Assembly (NCBI GenBank): GCA_947502835.1
Contig: CANNBJ010000003.1
Location: 376,825-440,824 of the forward strand
Reading direction: 5' to 3'
From: Bdellovibrionales bacterium
GTDB lineage: Bacteria; Bdellovibrionota; UBA1018; CAIMNF01
Length of the DNA stretch: 64,000 bases
How positions within the stretch are numbered: position 1 is the first letter of the stretch; every line of letters begins with the position of its first letter. Below, piece after piece: positions 8,830 to 18,193 of this stretch. A model generated the notes under the pieces. It saw only the letters and a program-made list of their open reading frames with translations, ran no database searches and was not told where the DNA came from. The position numbers and the translations under genes were made by a program.

Positions 8830-9635
8830 TGGTGTTTGAGAGCTGGTCTGCTGCCGAACTGCTCTCGTTCTTCATGGTTTTGATCCGGGTCAGCACCCTG
8901 ATCATGCTTCTCCCCGTGTTCGGGGACAAGGTCGTTCCCGCTCCTGTCAAGGTTCTTCTGGCTCTGGTGTTTTCTGCGGTGATTTTTCCTGTATTGAAGG
9001 CGGGAGGGGTGATCCGCCTCTCCGATGCGGAACTCTGGTCTTCCACCGCCGGGAAGTTGGTATTGACCCTTGCAGGAGAGCTACTTATCGGAATTGGCGT
9101 CGGATTTGCGTCACAATTGGTGTTCCATGCAATCCAAATTGCGGGCGATTTCATTTCACAGTTGATGGGATTCAGCATGGCGTCCATGTATGATCCTCAT
9201 ACGGAAAGTCAGACTGTGGTTTTAGGTCAATTGTTCGGGGCTCTGGCGATGCTTACCTTCCTCGCACTCGATGGACATCACATCCTGTTTCGTGCCATGG
9301 TGGAAACCTTTCATGCGATTCCCCAGGGTGGTGGAGCGCTTAGTGAGGCTTTCAAGAACTCGATGCTGAAGATGGTGGCCAATACCCTTTTGTTCGGGAT
9401 TCAGCTTTCGGCACCCATGGCAGCCTGCATGCTTTTGGTCAACATTGTGTACGGCGTTTTGGGTAAAGCATTGCCACAGCTCAATATTCTCACGCTCTCG
9501 ATGGCGTCAAGTGCATTGATCGGGGGGTTTGTCCTTTTGGTCACATATCCCGGCATGCAGTCGGGCATGAGTAATATTTTTTCTGGATATTTTGACGATT
9601 TAAAACAATTCCTGGTGGTGTATGGCGGAAAATAA
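8829..9635 (+). CDS. fliR: Flagellar export protein FliR
   Basis: Hydrophobic; 'AGDFISQLMGF', 'LDGHH', 'KALPQLN'; ATG at 8829 overlaps the fliQ stop (track start 8760 is too far upstream). Confidence 0.93.
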   Translation: MVFESWSAAELLSFFMVLIRVSTLIMLLPVFGDKVVPAPVKVLLALVFSAVIFPVLKAGGVIRLSDAELWSSTAGKLVLTLAGELLIGIGVGFASQLVFHAIQIAGDFISQLMGFSMASMYDPHTESQTVVLGQLFGALAMLTFLALDGHHILFRAMVETFHAIPQGGGALSEAFKNSMLKMVANTLLFGIQLSAPMAACMLLVNIVYGVLGKALPQLNILTLSMASSALIGGFVLLVTYPGMQSGMSNIFSGYFDDLKQFLVVYGGK

Positions 9636-10713
9636 CGAAGACAGGAATTTAGAGGACTTATCGGAACAGGCGTCGCCCTACCGTCTTGAAGAGTATCGAA
9701 AAAAGGGTCAGGTCTCCCAAAGTCGGGAAGTGGTGGCACTTGCGGTTGCCTTGGCGTGCGGACTCGTAGTCTTTGCAACCGCTCCCGGGATGGCAAAAGA
9801 GATCATCGATTTCATGAAAGAGACCTTCTCGCAGGACCTTGCAATGAAGCCGGGGGATCAGTTGCAGGATGTGGCCGGAAAGAGACTCCTCCAGGTGATC
9901 CGAATCATCGCTTCCATCGGACTCCCTGTGGCATTGGTTGGATTCCTGCTGGGAGTGGGAGGGCATCTCGGACAAATCGGTTTTCTTTTCACTTCGGAGC
10001 CTTTGATGCCGGACTTCGAGAAAATCAACCCCTTGAAAGGGCTCTCCCGTTTATTCTCTGCGCGGAACCTGATTGAGTCCTCAAGGGTGATCGTGAAGGG
10101 TTTGATTCTTTGTTTTGTCGCTTACTCGATTCTGAAGGCTGCAATTGAGCAGTCGCCGGAATTGATTTTCAAGAACCCGGTTGCAATTTTTGAGGTGCTC
10201 GGAGATGCCGGGAAGCGGTTGTTTTTGTCCTTGTGTGGCGTTTTGGCTGTGTTTGCAGCACTCGATTTTGTCCTGCAGAAGCGGGAGTACGCAAAGCAGG
10301 TCCGCGTGACGAAGCAAGAGGCCAAGCAGGAAGCAAAGGAACAGGAAGGGGATCCGCTGATCAAGGCAAGGATTCGTTCTGTTCAACGGGATATGGCGCG
10401 GAAAAGAATGATGCAAGCGGTGAAGAAAGCCGATGTCGTCATCACCAACCCGACCCACATTGCGATTGCACTCCAGTATGATAAAGACAAGATGGTTGCG
10501 CCCAAAGTGGTGGCCAAAGGCGCGGATTTCATGGCGGAAAGAATCAAGAAAATCGCTGCAGAGAGCGGTGTGGTCATGGTCGAGAATGTTCCGTTGGCCC
10601 GGGCAATGTTCAAGTCTGTCAAGGTGGGGCAGGTGATCCCCAAGAGTCTCTTCCAAGCTGTTGCGGAAGTTCTTGCATACGTTTACAAGCTCAAAAATCG
10701 AAAGTTTACCTAG
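9622..10713 (+). CDS. flhB: Flagellar export protein FlhB
   Basis: 'EGDP', 'ADVVITNPTHIAIAL' with NPTH autocleavage motif, 'ENVPLAR'. Confidence 0.97.
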   Translation: MAENNEDRNLEDLSEQASPYRLEEYRKKGQVSQSREVVALAVALACGLVVFATAPGMAKEIIDFMKETFSQDLAMKPGDQLQDVAGKRLLQVIRIIASIGLPVALVGFLLGVGGHLGQIGFLFTSEPLMPDFEKINPLKGLSRLFSARNLIESSRVIVKGLILCFVAYSILKAAIEQSPELIFKNPVAIFEVLGDAGKRLFLSLCGVLAVFAALDFVLQKREYAKQVRVTKQEAKQEAKEQEGDPLIKARIRSVQRDMARKRMMQAVKKADVVITNPTHIAIALQYDKDKMVAPKVVAKGADFMAERIKKIAAESGVVMVENVPLARAMFKSVKVGQVIPKSLFQAVAEVLAYVYKLKNRKFT

Positions 10714-10871
10714 GGATCGGGCAGGTCTCCCTCCGGAGTCAGGGGCTTGACGGTAGAAAAGTTCTTCCCACGTCCATTGAATTCAGGATACGATAATCAC
10801 AGGATCTGAGGCTGGATGCCGAGGGTCGAAGTCAGGTAAAATTTCATTTCTGTTGTGAGGAGTCAAGGAAG

Positions 10872-12962
10872 ATGAATCAGGCAGCCGGCCAGTCATCCCG
10901 AGTTGGAAAAAATCCGGATGTCATCATGGGTGTGGGAATCATTGCCATTCTCGCGATCATGATCGTCCCTATGCCGGCATTTCTGTTGGATCTTTTGATT
11001 TCCCTCGGAATCGCAGTCTCAATCATCATGTTGGCCACTTCGGTCAATGTGAAGAGAGCGCTTGAGTTCAGTGCTTTTCCCACGATGCTCCTTTTGGTGA
11101 CCCTGTTCCGGCTTTCACTCAATGTTGCTACCACCAGGGTGATTCTCCTTCGTGGAGCTGAAGCAGGCACATCCGCTGCGGGCTCCGTGATTCACTCCTT
11201 CGGAGAGTTTGTTGTTGGCGGCAATTACGCGGTTGGGATTGTTGTTTTCGCAATTCTTGTTGTGATCAATTTCGTGGTGATTACAAAAGGTGCCGGTCGC
11301 GTTGCAGAAGTCTCGGCACGGTTCACCTTGGATGCATTGCCGGGAAAGCAAATGTCGATTGATGCCGATCTGAATGCCGGGGCGATCAATGAGGAAGAGG
11401 CCCGCCGAAGGAGACAGGAGATCGCGCGAGAGGCCGAGTTTTACGGGGCGATGGACGGTGCGAGCAAGTTTGTTCGTGGAGATGCAATTGCAGGCATCCT
11501 CATTGTATTCATCAACATGATCGGCGGGATCATCATCGGAACCTTGCAGAGAGGGATGAGTCTTGCCGATGCAGCCCAAACCTTTACTTTGCTCACGATC
11601 GGAGATGGATTGGTGACTCAGATCCCGGCTCTGATTGTCTCCACCGCAGCAGGTATTATCGTCACCCGTTCGGGAGGACAGAATGATTTGGGCACCGATC
11701 TCGGATCCCAGGTGTTTTCCCAGCCAAAGGCGCTCTATGCAGGTGCCGGGGTGATGGCGGCACTCGGAGTGGTTCCGGGGCTGCCCTTCGTTCCATTTGC
11801 CTTGCTCGGGGGCGGATTTGGCCTTCTCGCAAATCGGATTGCGACAAGGGAGAAAGACAGGTTGATTGAGGAGTCCAAGCGCAAGGAAGTGGAGAAGCTC
11901 AAGAAAGAGCCCGAGAAAATCGAGAATCTGCTTGGGGTTGATCCGCTTGAGCTCGAGGTTGGATATGGGCTTGTGAACCTTGTGGACGGTGAGAAGGACG
12001 GGGATTTGCTTGAGCGAATCACCGGCATCCGGAAACAATTTGCGATGGATATGGGGATTGTTGTTCCTCCGCTCCGGATCCGGGACAACCTTGAGTTGAA
12101 ACCGGGAGACTATCAGGTGCTTCTGAAGGGTGTGGCGATCGCGCAAGGTTCCCTTATGGTTGGGCATCTCTTGGCGATGGATCCGGGGAATGTGACTGAT
12201 AAGGTCAGGGGAATTCCAACCAAGGAGCCCGCATTCGGACTGGACGCTCTATGGATTTCCGCGGCGGACAAGGACCAGGCGAACTACGCGGGTTATACTG
12301 TCGTGGATCTCAGTACTGTGATTGCCACCCACTTGACCGAGGTGATTCGGTCCAATATCTCGGAATTGCTCGGTCGACAGGAACTCCAGACACTCCTTGA
12401 CGGGGTCAAGCAAAATGCACCGAAAGTGGTGGAGGATCTCATTCCTTCGGTGCTTCAAACCGGAACCGTGCTTAAGGTCTTGAAGAATCTGCTTCGCGAG
12501 GGGGTTTCGATCCGGGATCTCAAGACTGTTTTGGAAGCACTCGGGGAGATGGCACCCCATCAAAAAGATGCCAACTTCCTTACCGAGCATGTGCGCGCGG
12601 CACTGAGCCGGACCATCACAAAGAAGCTTGTTGGTTTTGACGGGCAGCTCACCCTCTTGACCTTGGATAAGCATGTGGAAGAGACCATTGCCTCCGGCAT
12701 CATCCAGACAGACCAGGGGCCGCAGTTGTCACTTGATCCTGAGTTCGTGAGACAGTTTGTTTCCCAGTTGAATGAGCAGGCTTCGCAGTTGTTGCAGGAG
12801 ACAAGTCAGGCAGTGGTTCTTTGTTCTCCGCTGATCCGCTTCCATGTGAAACAACTCGTGGATCGCTTCATTCCGAATGTAACAGTTCTTTCCCACAATG
12901 AGCTCAGTCCGTCTGTTAATATCCGTTCTTTTGGTACAGTGAGGTTAGCGTATGCAAGTTAA
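10872..12962 (+). CDS. flhA: Flagellar export protein FlhA
   Basis: FHIPEP motifs 'RVAEVSARFTLDALPGKQMSIDADLNAG', 'FYGAMDGASKFVRGDA'. Confidence 0.98.
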   Translation: MNQAAGQSSRVGKNPDVIMGVGIIAILAIMIVPMPAFLLDLLISLGIAVSIIMLATSVNVKRALEFSAFPTMLLLVTLFRLSLNVATTRVILLRGAEAGTSAAGSVIHSFGEFVVGGNYAVGIVVFAILVVINFVVITKGAGRVAEVSARFTLDALPGKQMSIDADLNAGAINEEEARRRRQEIAREAEFYGAMDGASKFVRGDAIAGILIVFINMIGGIIIGTLQRGMSLADAAQTFTLLTIGDGLVTQIPALIVSTAAGIIVTRSGGQNDLGTDLGSQVFSQPKALYAGAGVMAALGVVPGLPFVPFALLGGGFGLLANRIATREKDRLIEESKRKEVEKLKKEPEKIENLLGVDPLELEVGYGLVNLVDGEKDGDLLERITGIRKQFAMDMGIVVPPLRIRDNLELKPGDYQVLLKGVAIAQGSLMVGHLLAMDPGNVTDKVRGIPTKEPAFGLDALWISAADKDQANYAGYTVVDLSTVIATHLTEVIRSNISELLGRQELQTLLDGVKQNAPKVVEDLIPSVLQTGTVLKVLKNLLREGVSIRDLKTVLEALGEMAPHQKDANFLTEHVRAALSRTITKKLVGFDGQLTLLTLDKHVEETIASGIIQTDQGPQLSLDPEFVRQFVSQLNEQASQLLQETSQAVVLCSPLIRFHVKQLVDRFIPNVTVLSHNELSPSVNIRSFGTVRLAYAS

Positions 12963-14328
12963 GAAGTTCGAAGCACCGACTCTTCAGGAAGCCCTGGACA
13001 CCATCAAGCGGGAGCTTGGACCTGAGGCGATTATTCTTCAGACCAAGCAGAATCGCCGAGGATTCGGACTGATGTCGAAGGGGTCGGTGGAGGTTACTGC
13101 TGCCGTTTCTGAGCGAGCGGTGGAAAAGAAGGCAGCCGTTGAAAAACGCATTCCGGACGTTTACAAAGCAAAGCTTGTGCAGGCTCCCGCTTCGAAACAG
13201 GCGGATCTGTATGAAAACTACCTGGAGAAAAAGCTTGAACGTGATCGAGTCCAGTTGAGCGGTGATTCGAGGGGCTCGAAGAAGATCACAGCCACCCGAT
13301 ATGCAGACATCCAGGATGAGGGGCAGGCTGTGATTGAGAATCCCGTCCGCAATGATGTTCCCGAGTATCAGGCACCTGCCGAGATTTCTGCTGCAGTCGA
13401 TCATTTCGCGGGCGCACGAGAGAGTTCGATCGCTTCCATTCAGGAAGAAGTACAAAACTTGAAGCGTCTTGTGGAGGAGCTCAGGAAGGATCGAAAACGT
13501 CCGGAGTATCTTGACTCAGACTCACCTTATTCAGCGACGGATGCCCTTGAAACGGCCTATGACCTTATGGTCCAGAGCGGGGTGGAACGTCGCCATGCGA
13601 TTGAGGTGATGCGGGATGTTTCCCGGGGTTTGAATGTCGAAAAGCGCGCGGATCATGATTCGGTTCTCGATATGGTTGCGGAACAACTCTTGAAGAGAAC
13701 GACAATCGAAAATTTCTTTGAGGGACGTTTGTCTCTTGAGAACCAAAGAATCCAGGCCTTTGTCGGTCCCGCAGGGGCAGGCAAGACCGCATTGATTGCA
13801 AAGCTGGGGACGCACGCCAGTCGGGGGAGACATGAAAAGGTCGGCATCATCCGCGTAAATCTGTCGAACGAGGAGAGCGTGGACCCGCTTGTGATTCTCT
13901 CGAAGGCGCTCCATGTGCCCTATCGGGCAGTGACCAGCGGGGAGGAGTTGCAGGTGGCGATTCAGGACATGAGTCAGTGTGAGCGCCTTTTCATTGACAC
14001 TCCCGGGATCCCGGTTCGGGATCAGTCTGCGATCCGGAGGCTCGGATTGATCTTGTCGAGCCAGTCTGCCATCCGTATTTCTTTGGTGGTGAATGCGACT
14101 ACCCGGGATCAGGAACTTAGGGAGGTTGCTCGATCCTTCAAGGAGTTGGGCCCGAGAACCCTGATGTTTACCCGGCTGGATGAAGTTTTCAGCCTCGGAA
14201 GTGTTTACTCCTTGTCACAGCACCTTGGAATCCCGGTATCTGTGTTTTCCAATGGCAGGAAGGTGACGGAGAATTGGGAGAATGCTACAGCCGAGCGCCT
14301 CACGGCATCGATCTTGAACATTCTTTGA
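12952..14328 (+). CDS. flhF: Flagellar SRP-type GTPase FlhF
   Basis: 'MQVKKFEAPTLQEAL..IKRELGPEAIIL'; 'GPAGAGKT', 'IDTPG', 'TRLDE'. Confidence 0.92.
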   Translation: MQVKKFEAPTLQEALDTIKRELGPEAIILQTKQNRRGFGLMSKGSVEVTAAVSERAVEKKAAVEKRIPDVYKAKLVQAPASKQADLYENYLEKKLERDRVQLSGDSRGSKKITATRYADIQDEGQAVIENPVRNDVPEYQAPAEISAAVDHFAGARESSIASIQEEVQNLKRLVEELRKDRKRPEYLDSDSPYSATDALETAYDLMVQSGVERRHAIEVMRDVSRGLNVEKRADHDSVLDMVAEQLLKRTTIENFFEGRLSLENQRIQAFVGPAGAGKTALIAKLGTHASRGRHEKVGIIRVNLSNEESVDPLVILSKALHVPYRAVTSGEELQVAIQDMSQCERLFIDTPGIPVRDQSAIRRLGLILSSQSAIRISLVVNATTRDQELREVARSFKELGPRTLMFTRLDEVFSLGSVYSLSQHLGIPVSVFSNGRKVTENWENATAERLTASILNIL

Positions 14329-14391
14329 TTGAGTTCGTGGATATGTATTGGTTAGAATGAAAAGTGTGAATCTTGCCATGGAAGGGTGAGT

Positions 14392-15423
14392 ATGGGAACG
14401 ACAGCGAAGTCAGCAATACAAAAGTACAAAAAAAACGACCCTGAGAAGCAAAAAGCCGTGAAGAGTGCGGCGCCATCCCAGGCGCAGAAGTCGGTGGCTT
14501 CAAAAAGCAATCAATCGAACGTTGATGCAGTTGTGGCGAGCGGTTCAGTAGCCAATGCGATTGAGTCCATCCAGATTGCCGGTGCAAAAATAGGCGAGGC
14601 TAATGCGCTTCAAAAGGAGCTGGAAAAGGAACTGGTCCAGGATCTTTCGTACACCAACAAATTGGTGAAGGGAGATTTCTCGCCCGTAAACACCAATCGC
14701 GACCGATTGATTCGCGAGTATGGCGGGCTCATCAAGTTCATCGCTCAAAAAATTGCTGCGAGACTTCCCTCGAATATCGAGTTGGATGACCTGATCAGTT
14801 CAGGTGTGATCGGATTGATGGATGCGATCGACAAATATGATTCCAGTCGAGATAACAAATTCAAGACATATGCGGAGTTCCGGATACGCGGAGCAATTTT
14901 GGACGAACTTCGCTCCCAGGACTGGGTTCCCCGATCCATCCGTGAGAAGGCCAAGATTCTTGAGCGAGCCTATTCAAAAATCGAACAGCTGAAGGGCAGG
15001 CAGGCGACCGACGATGAGGTCTGCATCGAGCTTGGAATGACTTCGGAGCAGTATCATGAAATGCTCAATGAAGTTCGGAGCGTTTCTTTGCTCTCTTACG
15101 ATGACCTTACCAATCTTTCAAACGCAGACAAACGAACCCTTCATGGGAACGGGGAGGCAGGAAGCAAGGTTCCGACTCCCTTCAGCGAAGTTAGTGTGGC
15201 CCATCTTAAGAAACTCGTCGCCGAGGCCATCGAAGATTTGCCTGAAAAGCAGCGATTGGTCTTATCCCTTTATTACTATGAGGATCTGAATCTGAAAGAG
15301 ATCGGCCGGGTATTGGATGTCACCGAGTCGAGGGTGAGTCAGCTCCATTCCCAGGCGATTTTCAAATTGAAGGCACGGCTGAAGAATCACTGGGACGATT
15401 TTGTTTCCATGATGAGTGCCTAG
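14392..15423 (+). CDS. fliA: Flagellar sigma factor FliA/WhiG (sigma28) with extended N-terminus
   Basis: 'DLISSGVIGLMDA', 'RIRGAILDELRSQDWVPRS', 'LKEIGRVLDVTESRVSQLHS'. Confidence 0.95.
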   Translation: MGTTAKSAIQKYKKNDPEKQKAVKSAAPSQAQKSVASKSNQSNVDAVVASGSVANAIESIQIAGAKIGEANALQKELEKELVQDLSYTNKLVKGDFSPVNTNRDRLIREYGGLIKFIAQKIAARLPSNIELDDLISSGVIGLMDAIDKYDSSRDNKFKTYAEFRIRGAILDELRSQDWVPRSIREKAKILERAYSKIEQLKGRQATDDEVCIELGMTSEQYHEMLNEVRSVSLLSYDDLTNLSNADKRTLHGNGEAGSKVPTPFSEVSVAHLKKLVAEAIEDLPEKQRLVLSLYYYEDLNLKEIGRVLDVTESRVSQLHSQAIFKLKARLKNHWDDFVSMMSA

Positions 15424-15425
15424 GC

Positions 15426-15905
15426 TCAAGCGGCGGCTTTCGATTCCCCGGAAGGGGGTTCTTCGGTCCCGGAGGCAGGTGCTTCTGCTGCAGCGGTTGC
15501 TCCCGTGGTTTCCTCCGGAGGGCTCATTTGCATCCCCTTGAGCTCCGTAACCCTTGAGAAACAGCGGTAGAACTTCCTGGCAGGAAAGGGGTTCTCCTCA
15601 GTAGGCATGCAGTTCATGATTCTTCCGGAGGAGATTTGTTCATGCAGATGCGACATCGTGACTTTATAGGTCAAGTCGTGCCCACTGAATTTCACCTGGA
15701 TCTCAAGTTCCTGATCAATGGAAAATTTCTCCGTGCAAAAAAAAGAGAACCACGACTCGCTCAGTTCGTTAATCAGGGCATACCCCTGAAACTCCTGGTT
15801 TCCGAATTTGGGGGCTGTGATTTTCACTGCGACTCTCTTCAATCGACGATCTCCCATGAAAAGGTGAGCAATGCTGCTGGCGCCTGTTGCGATATTCTGT
15901 CTCAT
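15426..15905 (-). CDS. Hypothetical protein, possible degenerate PilZ domain
   Basis: 'DRRLKR' and 'NELSESW' resemble RxxxR and D/NxSxxG; beta-strand pattern; low-complexity tail. Confidence 0.5.
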   Translation of the reverse strand: MRQNIATGASSIAHLFMGDRRLKRVAVKITAPKFGNQEFQGYALINELSESWFSFFCTEKFSIDQELEIQVKFSGHDLTYKVTMSHLHEQISSGRIMNCMPTEENPFPARKFYRCFSRVTELKGMQMSPPEETTGATAAAEAPASGTEEPPSGESKAAA

Positions 15906-16015
15906 CCTTCCATGATTCTCGCTGATTCAGGATCGGTCGTCAATCCTGTGTCATTACAGACACTTGTGGCATCACGGGCGGGGACTCTAAATCTTATTTA
16001 TTTAAAAAGGGGATC

Positions 16016-16044
16016 TTGACGGGGAGAGTGGCGGGGGTCATACT
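16016..16044 (+). promoter_or_regulatory. Putative sigma70 promoter for the Flp pilin
   Basis: TTGACG, 17-nt spacer, CATACT; preceded by an AT-rich UP-like tract. Confidence 0.55.
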
Positions 16045-16063
16045 GAATATAGGATCAAAAAGA

Positions 16064-16090
16064 TCAAGTTTTGATCGGTTCTGCCGATAC
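16064..16090 (+). promoter_or_regulatory. Sigma28 (FliA) promoter for the Flp pilin
   Basis: TCAAGTTT-N11-GCCGATAC versus consensus TAAAGTTT-N11-GCCGATAA. Confidence 0.75.
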
Positions 16091-16121
16091 GAACTTGGGG
16101 GTCGATTTGGAGGGAAGATCG

Positions 16122-16328
16122 ATGGAAAAAATGAGTTTGATGACAAGAATTCGAAGAAAATTAACGAATCGCTCAGGGCAGTCGACGACAGAATACATCC
16201 TGATCCTTGCGATTGTGGTGATGATTGCCAGCAAGATGAAGAACAAACTGCAGGGAACCGTGGACAACGCGGTAGGCGGCGTCGACAAGATCATCCAGGG
16301 TACTGTGAACGAGATGGGAAGTCAGTAG
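16122..16328 (+). CDS. Flp/Fap family (Tad) pilin
   Basis: Basic leader, 'GQSTTEYILILAIVVM' (G|QxxxEY Flp motif), 68 aa; SD GGAGG. Confidence 0.88.
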   Translation: MEKMSLMTRIRRKLTNRSGQSTTEYILILAIVVMIASKMKNKLQGTVDNAVGGVDKIIQGTVNEMGSQ

Positions 16329-16351
16329 CCTCAATCATAAAGTTTGGAATC

Positions 16352-16394
16352 AAACCGGAAGAGGGCTCCCTCCCCCTTCCGGTTTTTATTTTTT
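16352..16394. terminator. Intrinsic terminator, probably bidirectional
   Basis: AAACCGGAAG/CTTCCGGTTT stem followed by a T-rich run, between convergent genes. Confidence 0.75.
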
Positions 16395-17105
16395 GAGAAA
16401 CACAAGCGTTCCTGCGATCACGGAGATGGGGAGTGCGAATAGATTGATTACGGGGATGCTGAAAAGGAGAAGGGTGATCAATCCAAAGCCCAACGACCGG
16501 AAGAAGTTCGACCGGATCCAAGAGATGGATCCCCACAGACCCACGGTGCGCCGGCTCAAGGGATAGCTGAGAAAGGTGAATGCCTGGACCAAGGCAAGTC
16601 CGGGAATGCTCAGAAGCCCGATCACGGGGATCAGTCCAACCACAAACAGGGTCAATGTGAGGAAAAGAGTGAAACCCGTCTTTCTGAGATCGATCAGAAA
16701 CACATGGATCAATCTTCCGAGGGTGGTTGCGGGGGGGCATTCGCCGCATGCGATCTCTGTTTTTTCGGCCAGAATGTCGTTGAAAGGGGATGCGAAAAGT
16801 TGAATCAGGAGCCCGAGGCCCAAGGCTGAGAAGTAGAGAAGGAGAGCGCCGGCCAGCACGGAGAGAAGTCCGCTGCCAAAGTTTGAATAGGCTCCGAGGA
16901 TCCCCTGAAAGAGACTTTGGAAGGTACTCCAGAGACCGATCAGGACACCATAGATCACGCTCGAGACCACAACAAGTGTGATCGCCATGGGAAGAATGAA
17001 AAGGCCGAGAAGTTTCGGGTTCTCCAGCAAAAGCCCGAGAACACGCAAGGGGGAGGTGAAACCTTGAAGGAATTCCCTAGATCTTGAAGCCAAGGTCGAG
17101 TGCAT
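16386..17105 (-). CDS. EI24/CysZ-like membrane protein
   Basis: Multi-TM; 'FASPFNDILAEKTE', 'IPVIG', 'FLSYPLSRR', 'IPVINL'. Confidence 0.8.
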   Translation of the reverse strand: MHSTLASRSREFLQGFTSPLRVLGLLLENPKLLGLFILPMAITLVVVSSVIYGVLIGLWSTFQSLFQGILGAYSNFGSGLLSVLAGALLLYFSALGLGLLIQLFASPFNDILAEKTEIACGECPPATTLGRLIHVFLIDLRKTGFTLFLTLTLFVVGLIPVIGLLSIPGLALVQAFTFLSYPLSRRTVGLWGSISWIRSNFFRSLGFGLITLLLFSIPVINLFALPISVIAGTLVFLKK

Positions 17106-18183
17106 AGCGACGGTCCTGTTTGATTCCCGGGTTCAATCCGAGCTCTTCTCCGTAGGTTGCAAGATTCAGGGAGAAGATCACAAGATCCACTCCCAATCCG
17201 GCGGTGAAATATCCCTGGTTCAATCCCGTACGCACATTGAAGACAGACCAAGTGCCCTGAGCACCCAAATGAAGGGTACGGTAAAAGCTTCCGTTTTCAT
17301 TGTTTCCGATGTCGGTGGATTCGAGTGCAAAAAGAACCCGATCCAGTCCGATCCAGTCCTTTCTTTCCGCACTCAACCCAAAATTGACCGAGCGATTGGT
17401 GGCATACGGACCATTTGGCCAGTTCTTGATGGGCTTTCCGAGGTTGGTGTATTTTCCTCCAAGCACGTTGTTGATCGCGAAAGAGACTTGATAGTCAAAT
17501 CCCCCGGTTTTCCAATGGGGGCGGAAAGTCGTTCCCAGATCCAGGTCCACACCCGCACCGCTTCCCCCTTGGATTGCATTTGAGGTGCTTGTGCCGCTGA
17601 AGAAGTCCTGAACACTGAAATTCCGGGAGCTGGCCCGAATCTGTGTATGAAGGTTTGCTCCGACAACCAATCGATCCTCGTCGAGGAGGCGACGGCTCAG
17701 GTTGATGACCGGTCCCGCGGAAATTGCAGTATTCACATCAATTTGTCCCGAGTTCGAGAGGAGGGGGAGTGATTGGGCGGAAAAAAACAATCCTGCGCCC
17801 ATGGACCATTTGTCAGTGATGAAATTCCTGAAATGGAGTGCGATGGGAATGACCTGAAGTCTCGCGTACAAGGGATCCCCCACGGAATCGGAGAATGTGC
17901 TGAGTCCGTCCCCGGACTTGAATAGACTGCCGAGGGTGCTGAGTGTGCCTGAGCCGCTTTCAAGTGAGATCTTCGCGATTTGGAGGAGGTTTTCAGGGTT
18001 GTCCGCGGAACGGGCAGGATTGGCAAAGAAGTTTTCCTCGAATTGTCCGACAGTGTACCGGATGTCACCCATTCCCGCAGTGCGAACACTGTGGAAGTCG
18101 CGCAGAATGGGATGGTAGGCATGGGCTGTCTGGAGGTGGAGCAGGGGGAGTACAGTCAAAAGGATTTTTGTTCGGTGTTTCAT
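17077..18183 (-). CDS. Putative outer-membrane beta-barrel protein
   Basis: Signal peptide (AHA), 'RTAGMGD...FFANPA' plug-like motif, alternating amphipathic strands, C-terminal 'RYALDLGFKI'. Confidence 0.65.
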   Translation of the reverse strand: MKHRTKILLTVLPLLHLQTAHAYHPILRDFHSVRTAGMGDIRYTVGQFEENFFANPARSADNPENLLQIAKISLESGSGTLSTLGSLFKSGDGLSTFSDSVGDPLYARLQVIPIALHFRNFITDKWSMGAGLFFSAQSLPLLSNSGQIDVNTAISAGPVINLSRRLLDEDRLVVGANLHTQIRASSRNFSVQDFFSGTSTSNAIQGGSGAGVDLDLGTTFRPHWKTGGFDYQVSFAINNVLGGKYTNLGKPIKNWPNGPYATNRSVNFGLSAERKDWIGLDRVLFALESTDIGNNENGSFYRTLHLGAQGTWSVFNVRTGLNQGYFTAGLGVDLVIFSLNLATYGEELGLNPGIKQDRRYALDLGFKI

Positions 18184-18193
18184 CGGTTATTCC

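Noticed and set aside
11115-12167. Long antisense ORFs (also 25852-27051, 28132-29226, 30856-31998, 46890-47864, 53521-54552, 57876-58865, 62410-63447)
   Set aside because: They lie opposite well-supported genes and have no recognisable motifs; expected shadow frames in GC-rich coding DNA
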